Positions 1-8,426 of a stretch of DNA of 39,498 nucleotides are shown here, in pieces. The position numbers and the translations under genes were made by a program. The stretch lies in contig JANLWX010000097.1 in assembly GCA_031364845.1 (NCBI GenBank), forward strand, positions 1 through 39,498, read 5' to 3'. Within the stretch, counting starts at the first letter, position 1. Every line of letters starts with the position of its first letter. The notes beneath the pieces were generated by a model. It was not told the origin of the DNA and searched no databases. It was given only the letters and a program-made list of their open reading frames with translations. This DNA is from Candidatus Eiseniibacteriota bacterium (GTDB taxonomy: Bacteria > Eisenbacteria > RBG-16-71-46).

Positions 1-1
1 C

Positions 2-421
2 ACGCGCATCCCCGTCGCTTCGAATCCGTATCTCGCGTGCATCGTCACCGGGAACTTCCTTCCGGGCGCCTTGCCGCGCTATCTGCGAGCCGAGCATCGC
101 GACGCGATCCGCGCGCGGCTCGACCGGATTCGCATCGTCGAGGGTCCGGCCGAAGCCGCCGGCGGCACATTCGACGGCATGAACCTGTCGGACATCTTCG
201 AATACATGAGCGCCGCCGATCACGCGCGCGTCTACGAGGCACTGGTCGAACACGCACGCCCCGGCGGCCGGCTCGTGTACTGGAACATGCTCGCGCCGCG
301 CTCGCGGCCCGAAGCCCTGGCGGCGCGCATGCGACCGCTGGATGCTTTCGCCCGCGAACTGCACGAGCGCGACCAAGCGTGGTTCTACCAGCGACTGCAC
401 GTCGACGAGGTCGCGCGATGA
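2..421 (+). CDS. DUF3419/BtaA-like SAM-dependent 3-amino-3-carboxypropyl transferase, C-terminal part (5' truncated by window edge)
   Basis: The frame is open from base 2 (TRIPVASNPYLACIVTGNF..LPRYL). It carries motifs NPY, LSDIFEYM, PGGRLVYWN and LHERDQAWFY, typical of DUF3419 C-termini. The TGA stop overlaps the next ATG (ATGA 418-421). Confidence 0.8.
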   Translation, partial: TRIPVASNPYLACIVTGNFLPGALPRYLRAEHRDAIRARLDRIRIVEGPAEAAGGTFDGMNLSDIFEYMSAADHARVYEALVEHARPGGRLVYWNMLAPRSRPEALAARMRPLDAFARELHERDQAWFYQRLHVDEVAR

Positions 422-1815
422 CTCCGCTGCCCGCGTATCTGCCCGCGTGGGGAACGCCCGCCGGCGAACTCGCGCGCGCGGCACTCGCCGGTGCGGCCTT
501 CGTCGCGATCCTCGCGATCGCCGAATGGTGGCAGCGCCGCATGGCGCCGCCGGTCGAGTGGACGCGCAAGCTCGTGCACTTCGCGGGCGGCGTCGTGATC
601 GCATTCTTCCCGTGGCTGTTCAGCACGCACTGGACGGTGCTGGGACTGGGGCTCGCGATGCTCGCGATCTTCGCCGGCGCGCGCCGGCTCGGCATGCTGC
701 TCAGCGTGACCGGCGTCGAGCGCGCCTCGGCTGGCGAGCGCTGGTATCCGGTCGGCGTCTACCTGCTGTTCGTGGTCGCGCGCCACGAGCCGGTGCTGTG
801 GCTGATCGCGCTCTCGTCGCTGGTGGTGTCGGACACCGCCGCGGCACTGCTCGGCGGCGCCTACGGGCGTCACACGTTCTTCGCCGCGCGCGACCGCAAG
901 AGCATCGAAGGCTCGGCCGCATTCTTCGCGGCCACGTTCCTCGGCGTCCATCTCACGCTGCTGCTGCTGACGCCGATCGAGCGCGGCGCGTGCGTGCTGG
1001 TCGCATTCCAGATCGCGCTGATCGTGACGTCGTTCGAAGCGATCAGCCTGCGCGGTAACGATAATCTCGTCGTGCCGCTGATGACCTACTACCTGCTGGT
1101 CAAGATCGTTCCCAAGCCCGCCGCGAACATCGGGCTCCAGCTCATGGTCGAACTCGCCATCCTGGCCGCGATGCTGCTGATCGCGTGGCGCACGCGCGTG
1201 CTGTCGGTGGCGGGCGCGCTGGCGGCGCATCTGGCGATCTATGCCGCGTTCAGCCTCGGCGGTCCCGCGTGGAGCGTGCCGCCCATCATGGCGCTCGCGG
1301 GGTTCGTGATGCTCGACCGCCGCGTCGCCGCCGACGGCGGACGCCATCAGGTCGAGGCCGTGTTCTGGATCAGCATCGTCGGTGTCGTGCTGATCGTTCT
1401 CGACAACACGTTCGCGACCCTGGTGCCGCCCGGCCATCCGCTCGGCCTGGGGCACCCGTTCGCCGTACCCTATGTTGGCGCACTCTCGGCGGCCGCCGCG
1501 ATCGTCGGCTATCAATATCTGAGGATGCGGCGCTCCGCGTGGTCGCATCCGGTCACGGCGGCGCTTGCCGTGCTCGCCGGAGTGCTGCTGGTGGCGCCGT
1601 TGAGCCTCGCGATCGGCGGGATCGCGAGCGTGCGCGCGTATACGATCGTCATCGCGACATGCGCGACCGCGGTTCCGCTCTACATCGCCGCCCGGCGTAT
1701 CGTGCGGCGCCGATCGGAGACCGCCGATCTGAGACTGCAGGGCCTCGCGGTCGCCCTCGCGGTCGCGGTGTGGACGCTGGTCCATCTGCGGGCGTTCGTG
1801 AAAGGTGAATCGTGA
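418..1815 (+). CDS. CTP-dependent polyprenol/diacylglycerol kinase family (phytol/dolichol kinase-like) membrane protein with extra C-terminal TM region
   Basis: Motifs RKLVH, SDTAAALLGGAYG..KSIEGS and DNLVVP, with many hydrophobic helices. Start reassigned to the ATG at 418, which is coupled to the upstream stop; the Arg-rich N-terminal extension in the ORF track is spurious. Confidence 0.8.
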   Translation: MTPLPAYLPAWGTPAGELARAALAGAAFVAILAIAEWWQRRMAPPVEWTRKLVHFAGGVVIAFFPWLFSTHWTVLGLGLAMLAIFAGARRLGMLLSVTGVERASAGERWYPVGVYLLFVVARHEPVLWLIALSSLVVSDTAAALLGGAYGRHTFFAARDRKSIEGSAAFFAATFLGVHLTLLLLTPIERGACVLVAFQIALIVTSFEAISLRGNDNLVVPLMTYYLLVKIVPKPAANIGLQLMVELAILAAMLLIAWRTRVLSVAGALAAHLAIYAAFSLGGPAWSVPPIMALAGFVMLDRRVAADGGRHQVEAVFWISIVGVVLIVLDNTFATLVPPGHPLGLGHPFAVPYVGALSAAAAIVGYQYLRMRRSAWSHPVTAALAVLAGVLLVAPLSLAIGGIASVRAYTIVIATCATAVPLYIAARRIVRRRSETADLRLQGLAVALAVAVWTLVHLRAFVKGES

Positions 1816-1831
1816 AAGGTAACGCACACTC

Positions 1832-2848
1832 ATGAATGGATTTCGCATCGAAGCGATGCGTTCGGGGGCGACCCCGCCGCCGGCGTTCGCCGAAGTCACC
1901 GGTCAACCCGGCACGCCGCCCGAAACGGTCGCCCCCGGAACCCGCTGCCTGGTTGCGTGGTCGAACGACGCCCCACTCGCGCGCTGCACGCTGAATGCGC
2001 GCGACGATTTGAACGGGGCCCCGGGACTCACCGGAATGATCGGTCACTACGAAGCGCGCGACGCCGAGTCGGGAGCCGCACTCGTGCGCGCGGCGGCCGC
2101 AACACTGGCCGCCGAGGGCGCCGTGCGCGTGCTCGGTCCCATCGATGGCAGCACGTGGCACCGGTACCGCTTTGCGCTGCCGTCGGCGCCGGACGATCCG
2201 GTGTGGGACCCGCCCGTGTTCGGCGGCGAACCGCGCAATGACTTCGCGTATCCGGCTCACTTCGAGAACGCGGGCTTCGCGATCGCCGCGCGCTACGAAA
2301 GCCACGCCGACGCTCTCGCGATCAAAGGGGATGACGTGGAGGCACAGGCGCTCGCCGAGCGCGTCGCGTTCGCGGGATTCTCGCTGCGCCCGATCGATCT
2401 CTCACGCTTCGAGTCGGAACTCGAGACGCTGTGGGAACTGAGCCGCGCGGCATTCGCCGACAATCTCTTCTACGCGCCGATCGGTACTACGGAGTTTCGG
2501 GCGCTGTACGAGCCGTTGCGTTGGCGCATCGATCCGGGGCTCGTCTCGATCGTGCTCGATCGCGCAGAGCGGGCGTGCGGATATCTGTTCGCCTATCCCG
2601 ATCCGCTCGCCGTGCGCGACGGAGCGCCGCGCCGCCTGATCGTGAAGACCGTCGCGGTGCTGCCGTCGGCGCGCGGTCACGGGCTCGCGAACCACATGCT
2701 CGACCGCGTGCGCTGGAGCGCGCGGCGCCGCGGGTGCGACACGGTGATCCATGCGTTGATGCACGTCGAGAACTTCTCGATGCGCATGTCGGCGCGACAC
2801 GGCGGCCGATTGTTCCGCCGCTACGCGTTGTGGCAGTGGACTCCTTAG
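1832..2848 (+). CDS. Double-GNAT N-acyltransferase (YghO/bacterial ceramide synthase-like layout)
   Basis: C-terminal acyl-CoA binding motif VAVLPSARGHGLA, plus GPIDGST..EPRN..YP..FENAGF, AFADNLFYAPI..EF and GYLFAYPD. Confidence 0.7.
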   Translation: MNGFRIEAMRSGATPPPAFAEVTGQPGTPPETVAPGTRCLVAWSNDAPLARCTLNARDDLNGAPGLTGMIGHYEARDAESGAALVRAAAATLAAEGAVRVLGPIDGSTWHRYRFALPSAPDDPVWDPPVFGGEPRNDFAYPAHFENAGFAIAARYESHADALAIKGDDVEAQALAERVAFAGFSLRPIDLSRFESELETLWELSRAAFADNLFYAPIGTTEFRALYEPLRWRIDPGLVSIVLDRAERACGYLFAYPDPLAVRDGAPRRLIVKTVAVLPSARGHGLANHMLDRVRWSARRRGCDTVIHALMHVENFSMRMSARHGGRLFRRYALWQWTP

Positions 2849-2880
2849 GAAGCGCGCGGCCCGGGGACGCGGGTGCCGCG

Positions 2881-4488
2881 ATGGCGCCCGATTGGAATCC
2901 GAACCTCGCCGCGCGTCTCGCCGAACGCGCGCGCACACATCCCGACCGTCTCGCGATCGCGGAGTGGCGGGGGCCCCGCGTGCGGCGCCGCACGTTTGCC
3001 CAACTCGCGCACGCGGTCGCCGGCGTCGCGGCAGGGCTCACCGCCAACGGACTTCGCCCGGGCGAGCGCGTGCTGGTGTTCGTTCCGATGTCGCTCGATC
3101 TCTACATCCTGCTGCTCGCGATCCATCACGCCGGAGCGTGCGCGGTGTTCGTTGATGCGTGGGCCGACCGGCGGCGCCTCGATGCCGCGGTCCGCGCGGC
3201 GGACCCGAAACTGTTCGCGGGTAGCGCGCGCGCGCAGCTGCTGCGCGTGACGAGCTCCGCCGTGCGCGCGATCCCGCACGCCTTGATCGCGGGCGGCGCG
3301 TTTCCCGCGGAGCGGCTCGCGCGCGCGCGCCAATCGGAGCCCGCGATCGTGCGCGCGGACGACGCGGCACTCGTGACGTTCACCACCGGCAGCACCGGCG
3401 TCCCCAAGGCGGCGGCACGGTCGCACGGATTCCTGTGGGCGCAACACGTGGCGCTCATGCGCCACCTGAAACTCGGGGTTGAGGACGTCGACCTGCCGTC
3501 GCTGCCGGTGTTCGTGCTCAACAATCTGGCCGGTGGCGTTACGAGCGTGCTGCCCGACTTCGACCCGCGCCGTCCCGACCGCATCGACCCGGAGCGCATC
3601 GTGGCCCAGATGGAAGCCGAGCGCGTGACGACGACCAGCGGCTCGCCCGCGTTCTTCGAGCATCTCGCGCACTGGTCGCGCGCGCACGGCCGCAAGATTC
3701 CGGTGCGCGCGTTGTTCACCGGCGGAGCACCGGTGCTGCCCACGCTCGCGCGTGAACTCGCCGAAACCGTCGCGGGCGAGGCGCACATCGTCTATGGCAG
3801 CACCGAAGCCGAGCCGATCGCGGGAATCGAAGCGCGCGCGATGCTGGAGGCGATGGCCGACGGCTCGCGCGAAGGACTGTGCGTCGGCGTTCCGGTGCCC
3901 GAGATCGAGCTGCGGCTGATCCGTCCGCACGATGGACCGGTCGCACTCGATGCGCGTGGGTGGGAACCGTGGGATCTCGCCGCGCGCGGAAGCCGCACCG
4001 CCGATGCCGAAGCAGTGGGAGAGATCGTCGTCGCCGGATCCCACGTGCTCGGCGGATATCTCGATGATCCCGAAGGCGACCGCGCGAACAAGATCGACGA
4101 TGGCATCCGGCGCTGGCATCGCACCGGAGACGCGGCGTGGCGCGACGAACACGGGCGGCTGTGGCTCATGGGGCGCGTGAAGCGCCGCGTGCGGCGTGAA
4201 GGACATACGTTGTGGGGGCAGCCGGCGGAGCTGCGCGCGCTGCGAGTGCCGGACGTGCGGCATGCAGCCTACTTCGGCTCCCCGGACCCCGCGCTCGGAG
4301 AGCGCGCCGTGCTGTGTGTGGAGAGCGACGCGGTGCCCGCGACGCTGCTGCCGCTGCTCACGGCGGCACTCGCGCCGATGCCGCTCGACGAACTCCACGT
4401 GCTCGCCGCGATCCCGCGCGATCCGCGTCATCGATCGAAGACCGACTGGGAAGCGCTCGAACGCGCGCTGGCGCGGAAGCACGCGTGA
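2881..4488 (+). CDS. ANL-superfamily AMP-forming ligase, OleC (beta-lactone synthetase)-like
   Basis: P-loop FTTGSTGVPK, plus YGSTE, GEIVVAG, WHRTGD..GRLWLMGR and terminal DPRHRSK. The segment DLPSLPVF..GVTSVLPDFDPRRP resembles OleC. Start set at ATG 2881. Confidence 0.8.
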   Translation: MAPDWNPNLAARLAERARTHPDRLAIAEWRGPRVRRRTFAQLAHAVAGVAAGLTANGLRPGERVLVFVPMSLDLYILLLAIHHAGACAVFVDAWADRRRLDAAVRAADPKLFAGSARAQLLRVTSSAVRAIPHALIAGGAFPAERLARARQSEPAIVRADDAALVTFTTGSTGVPKAAARSHGFLWAQHVALMRHLKLGVEDVDLPSLPVFVLNNLAGGVTSVLPDFDPRRPDRIDPERIVAQMEAERVTTTSGSPAFFEHLAHWSRAHGRKIPVRALFTGGAPVLPTLARELAETVAGEAHIVYGSTEAEPIAGIEARAMLEAMADGSREGLCVGVPVPEIELRLIRPHDGPVALDARGWEPWDLAARGSRTADAEAVGEIVVAGSHVLGGYLDDPEGDRANKIDDGIRRWHRTGDAAWRDEHGRLWLMGRVKRRVRREGHTLWGQPAELRALRVPDVRHAAYFGSPDPALGERAVLCVESDAVPATLLPLLTAALAPMPLDELHVLAAIPRDPRHRSKTDWEALERALARKHA

Positions 4489-5477
4489 CGCGCTTGCGGA
4501 GCATTCGCTTGCCGAGCCGTGCCGCGGCCATCGTGGTCGCGGTCAGCACCCTGATCGTGATCGTGCTGCTGCTGCCGCCGCCGGGCGCCTCCGGAATCCG
4601 TTCGCACCCGAGTCCCGCGCGTGACTTCCCCGACGCGATGCGCCGCGCCGCCGTGCTCGAGGCGCGCGACACGCCCGACGTGAATCCGAATTGCCGCACG
4701 CGTCTGTTGACGCACGGAGATCGCACCCCGGACGCGCTGGTGCTGATCCACGGCCTGACCAACTGTCCACGCCAGTTCGAGCTGCTCGCCACACGCTTCC
4801 ACGCGCGCGGATGGAACGTGATCGTCGCGCGCATTCCGCATCATGGACTCGCCGACCGGATGACCGAGGATCTCGGACAACTGGACGCCGCCGAACTCGC
4901 GCGGTTCACCGACGAACTGGTGGACATCGGAGCCGGGCTCGGCGAGCACGTCACGATCGCGGGACTTTCGCTCGGGGGCACGGCGGCCGCGTGGGCGGGG
5001 CAGGAGCGGCGCGAGCTCCACCATGCGGTGGCGATCGCGCCGATGTTCGGAGTGTCGCGCGTGCCGCGCGCGTTCACGGGTCTGTTGACGCGCGCGCTGC
5101 TCACGTTTCCCGACCGCTTCGTGTGGTGGGACTCCAAGGCTCGAGAGCGGCTCGCGGGCCCGCCCCAGGTCTACCCGCGGTTCTCGACCCGCGCGATCGG
5201 GGAAATTCTGCGTCTGGGCATGGCGGTCAGGGCCGATGCCGGCAGACGCGCTCCCGCGGCGGGAACGCTCTCGATGGTGAGCGTCGGCGGCGACCCTGCG
5301 GTCGACAACGCGTCGAGCGCCGAGATCGTGTCGCGCTGGAAGCGCCACGGAGCGCGGGTTGATACGTACGAATTTCCACGCGCCCTGCGCCTCAATCACG
5401 ACCTCGTCGATCCCGAGCAGTTCGGGGCCCGCATCGATGTCGTCTATCCGGAGCTCGAGCGGATCCTGTCCCCGTGA
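4485..5477 (+). CDS. Alpha/beta hydrolase (serine esterase/lipase-like) with N-terminal membrane anchor
   Basis: HGLTN oxyanion region, GLSLG nucleophile elbow, candidate acid (DPAVD) and His (LNHD). The GTG start overlaps the upstream TGA (GTGA 4485-4488). Confidence 0.8.
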   Translation: MTRLRSIRLPSRAAAIVVAVSTLIVIVLLLPPPGASGIRSHPSPARDFPDAMRRAAVLEARDTPDVNPNCRTRLLTHGDRTPDALVLIHGLTNCPRQFELLATRFHARGWNVIVARIPHHGLADRMTEDLGQLDAAELARFTDELVDIGAGLGEHVTIAGLSLGGTAAAWAGQERRELHHAVAIAPMFGVSRVPRAFTGLLTRALLTFPDRFVWWDSKARERLAGPPQVYPRFSTRAIGEILRLGMAVRADAGRRAPAAGTLSMVSVGGDPAVDNASSAEIVSRWKRHGARVDTYEFPRALRLNHDLVDPEQFGARIDVVYPELERILSP

Positions 5478-5595
5478 ATTTCACGGCGTGCGGGCCGCAT
5501 CGCCGGGCCACGGCGAGCATGCATTTCGCGGTGCCGGATCAGGTTTTCTTTCGCTTCGCAATGCGTTGGCGGGCTTCTGCTTTCGTTTCGGAAAA

Positions 5596-5629
5596 GGTTT
5601 CGCGAAACCCGATAATTCCGTGCTAACCT
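5596..5629 (+). promoter_or_regulatory. Candidate operator palindrome plus extended -10 element
   Basis: Perfect 14-bp palindrome GGTTTCGCGAAACC (5596-5609) in an AT-richer intergenic stretch, followed by TGCTAACCT (5621-5629). Confidence 0.35.
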
Positions 5630-5818
5630 GATGCCATTGCAGAGGCGCCCCTCCCACCACACCGGCAGGTCATCGATGCCGGTGGCGTCTCCTGCCTCGA
5701 AACGGTTCCGGTCATCAAGCTCGTAGTCCCGAGATGTCCGCCTGCGCCACGCGCCTTCGAGTGAAGGATGTCGTTGCGTCGTCGATCCTGGAGCAGTCGA
5801 GCGATGAGGAGACACATC

Positions 5819-7537
5819 ATGCGAGGTTTCACACCGCGGGTTCGCGCGACGTTGCTCGGATGTCCGCTCGCGTTGCTGATCGCGATGGCGGCACTGGCGG
5901 CCGACGTTCACGCTGGACCGCGCGCCGCCGCGGAGCGCCCATGGGTTCCCGCAGCCCCCGCGTCGCAGGAACGCCCTTCCATCAACGCGCCGATCAACGA
6001 CACCTGCGCCGGGGCGATCGTGATTCCGTGCGGAACGTTCAGCCTGTCCGGCAACACGGACACCGCGACCAACGACTACACGTTCCCTTCGGATGCGAGC
6101 TCGTGCACCGGTTACATCGAGAACGGGCGTGATGTCGTCTACCGGCTCAACATCGTCGCGGGCGACAGCCTGTGGGTGGACATCAGCTCGCTGGCGACCG
6201 ACGTCTCGCTCTACGTCATCACCAACTGCGCCAGCCCTTCGACTTCGTGCGTCGTCGGAGAAGACAGCACTGACGTCGGCGGCAGCGAAACCCTGCGGTA
6301 CAAGTTCACCTCGAGCGGGACCTACTACCTGGTGATCGACTCGTTCGGAAACAATTCGAGCGGCGCGTGGTCGGCGATCGGTCAGCTGCTGTGCATCATC
6401 CAGCCTCCCGGCCCGACGAATGACCGCTGTGACAATCCGCTGCAGGTGGCGTGCGGTCCGTTTTCCTATAGTGGCTCGACCGAGTTCGCGGACAACGACT
6501 ATCAGTACCCATCGAATGGCGCGTCGTGCTTCGGGTCGATGGCCCAGGGCAAGGACGTCGTGTACCAGTTGAATGTCGACGCCGGCGACAGCCTGTGGGT
6601 CAACTACAATTCATCGAGCGACGGTGCGGTGTACGTGGTGTCGGACTGCAGCGACGTGGTCGGAACCTGCATCGCCGGACGCGACAACGTGGGTGCCGGC
6701 CAGACGGAGCAGCTCCGCTACCGGTTCAACTTCGGCGGCACCTACTATCTGATCTTCGATTCGAAGGCGCTCAACTCGTTCGGCACCTGGACCGCGACCG
6801 GCGAATTCGTCTGCCCGCAGCCGCCCAAGAACGACATCTGCGAGCTCGCGGAGCCGATCCCGTGCGGGGACTTCGCGATTTCCGGCAACACCCAGCTCGC
6901 GACCGACCACTACTCGTTCAACACCGATGCCGAGTCGTGCACCGGATACCGCACCGGAGGCCGCGACGTGATTTACAAGGTGTACGCGACTGCCGGGGAC
7001 AGCATCTGGATCGACTACACGTCGACCGCGGACGGCGCGATCTACATCGCAACCAACTGCAACAACGTGACCGGTACCTGTGTCGCGGGCAAGGACGAGG
7101 TCGGCACCAACGAGACCGAAATGCTGCGCTACAAGTTCACCTCGACCGGCGTCTACTTCATCTTCATCGACTCGTTCGGCACCAATACGTCCGGAGCATG
7201 GACGGCGGTCGGCCGCATGAGGTGCCCGAATCTCGCGGTGGGTGATGGGCTGCCCGCCGACCGGGTGGCGCTCGGCGCTCCGGCTCCGAATCCGTTCCGC
7301 ACCACCACGCTCATCCCGTTCGCGCTGCCGCAGCGGAGCACCGTGCAGGTGCGGTTGATCGACCTGCAGGGCCGCATGGTGCGCTCACTCGCCGACGGCG
7401 AGTTCCCGGCGGGACAGCACCAGCTGCGCTGGGACGGCCGCGACGACCAGGGACAGCTCGTGCGGGCCGGCGTGTACTTCGTGAAGCTCGTCTCGGCCGA
7501 CGGCACGGCGATGCGGCGCGCGGTCTACGTCCGGTAA
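5819..7537 (+). CDS. Secreted protein with three ~140-aa Cys-rich PPC-like repeats and C-terminal FlgD-Ig domain
   Basis: RBS GAGGAG before ATG 5819 and a signal peptide. Three repeats start at NDxC. The tail reads PNPF..DLQGRMVRSL..WDGRDDQG..GVYFVKL. Confidence 0.85.
   Translation: MRGFTPRVRATLLGCPLALLIAMAALAADVHAGPRAAAERPWVPAAPASQERPSINAPINDTCAGAIVIPCGTFSLSGNTDTATNDYTFPSDASSCTGYIENGRDVVYRLNIVAGDSLWVDISSLATDVSLYVITNCASPSTSCVVGEDSTDVGGSETLRYKFTSSGTYYLVIDSFGNNSSGAWSAIGQLLCIIQPPGPTNDRCDNPLQVACGPFSYSGSTEFADNDYQYPSNGASCFGSMAQGKDVVYQLNVDAGDSLWVNYNSSSDGAVYVVSDCSDVVGTCIAGRDNVGAGQTEQLRYRFNFGGTYYLIFDSKALNSFGTWTATGEFVCPQPPKNDICELAEPIPCGDFAISGNTQLATDHYSFNTDAESCTGYRTGGRDVIYKVYATAGDSIWIDYTSTADGAIYIATNCNNVTGTCVAGKDEVGTNETEMLRYKFTSTGVYFIFIDSFGTNTSGAWTAVGRMRCPNLAVGDGLPADRVALGAPAPNPFRTTTLIPFALPQRSTVQVRLIDLQGRMVRSLADGEFPAGQHQLRWDGRDDQGQLVRAGVYFVKLVSADGTAMRRAVYVR
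5996..7225 (+). repeat. Three tandem protein-level repeats (starts 5996, 6419, 6830), six Cys each
   Basis: The consensus ND.C....CG.F..SG.T..A...Y......SC.G....G.DV.Y.....AGDS.W.......D...Y....C......C..G.D.......E.LRY.F...G.Y....DS...N..G.W...G...C is visible in all three copies. Confidence 0.9.
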
Positions 7538-7568
7538 TTTCAGGCGGAACTCCTAATTCTGGCGCGAC

Positions 7569-7592
7569 CGGCCACCCTCATCGGGGTGGCCG
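7569..7592 (+). terminator. GC-rich hairpin after the repeat protein gene (possible terminator, no clear U-tract)
   Basis: 9-bp stem CGGCCACCC/GGGTGGCCG about 30 nt after the stop codon. Confidence 0.35.
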
Positions 7593-7648
7593 TCGTGCTT
7601 CGGCGCGCGGCGCCCCGGCCGCCTGAAACGCGCGGCCCCGGGCTGGCG

Positions 7649-7678
7649 TTGCCCGGGATCGATCCCGGCGGTTATGCT
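7649..7678 (+). promoter_or_regulatory. Candidate sigma70 promoter of nfuA-osmC with palindrome in spacer
   Basis: TTGCCC-N18-TATGCT, with a perfect 16-bp palindrome CCGGGATCGATCCCGG at 7653-7668. Confidence 0.4.
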
Positions 7679-7762
7679 CGCGCCTTGAATGAACACAGGA
7701 GCTGAGCCGACGCCCCTGTCACGCGGCCGTTCACCGACGGTCCAAGCCCCGAGCGAGGTTCC

Positions 7763-8356
7763 ATGATCACCATCACCGACATTGCCACCCAGCGCATCCA
7801 TGGCTATCTCGAGGCCGAGGGCCGTCCCAATCTGGCGCTGCGTTTCGGCGTTCAGGGCCGCGGCCCCGGAGGCTTCCAGTACCGGCTCGCGTTCGTTGAG
7901 GCGCAGGAGCGCACACCGACCGACACGGTCTTCGAGGCTGGACCGTTTCAGGTGCTCATCGACGCCGACAGCGTTCCCAAGCTGACCGGTGCCACGATCG
8001 ACTTCGTCGAAGGCGAACGCGAGAGCGGCTTCCGCATCGACAACCCCAATCCACTGTGGGCCGATCCCATCGCGAGCGCGGTTCAGAAGGTGCTGGACGA
8101 GGAGATCAATCCCGCCGTCGATGCGCACGGTGGCTGGGTCACATTGCTCGACGTGAAGGATTCGGTGGCCTACGTGCAGTTCGGTGGCGGCTGCCAGGGC
8201 TGCGGCATGGCGGACGTCACGCTCAAGCAGGGCGTCGATGTGCGCATCAAAGAACTGGTTCCGCAGATCCGCGCCGTCGTCGACACGACCGATCACGCCG
8301 GCGGCACGAACCCCTATTACCAGGGTGCCGACCGCGGCGCCTCGCCGGTCGCCTGA
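7763..8356 (+). CDS. nfuA: Fe-S cluster carrier NfuA (degenerate A-type carrier domain + NifU C-terminal domain)
   Basis: N-terminal HesB-like domain lacking Cys (ITITD.A..GATIDF..GFRIDNPN); C-terminal INPAVDAHGG..GGGCQGCG with CxxC. Confidence 0.9.
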   Translation: MITITDIATQRIHGYLEAEGRPNLALRFGVQGRGPGGFQYRLAFVEAQERTPTDTVFEAGPFQVLIDADSVPKLTGATIDFVEGERESGFRIDNPNPLWADPIASAVQKVLDEEINPAVDAHGGWVTLLDVKDSVAYVQFGGGCQGCGMADVTLKQGVDVRIKELVPQIRAVVDTTDHAGGTNPYYQGADRGASPVA

Positions 8357-8426
8357 TCCACCATCGAGTCCGCCGGTGCGCGTTCACGACGCGCATACGG
8401 CGGCCTTTCACCACAGGGAGGACGAT

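Noticed and set aside
37..417. N-terminal extensions given by the ORF track (also 2431, 4212, 8184, 12167, 12191, 19881, 23951, 33360, 37706)
   Set aside because: They overlap upstream genes or intergenic DNA. Internal starts with an RBS or stop-start coupling fit the families better.
2881..5477. oleBC olefin biosynthesis call
   Set aside because: The hydrolase has a Ser nucleophile motif unlike OleB, and no oleA or oleD is visible.
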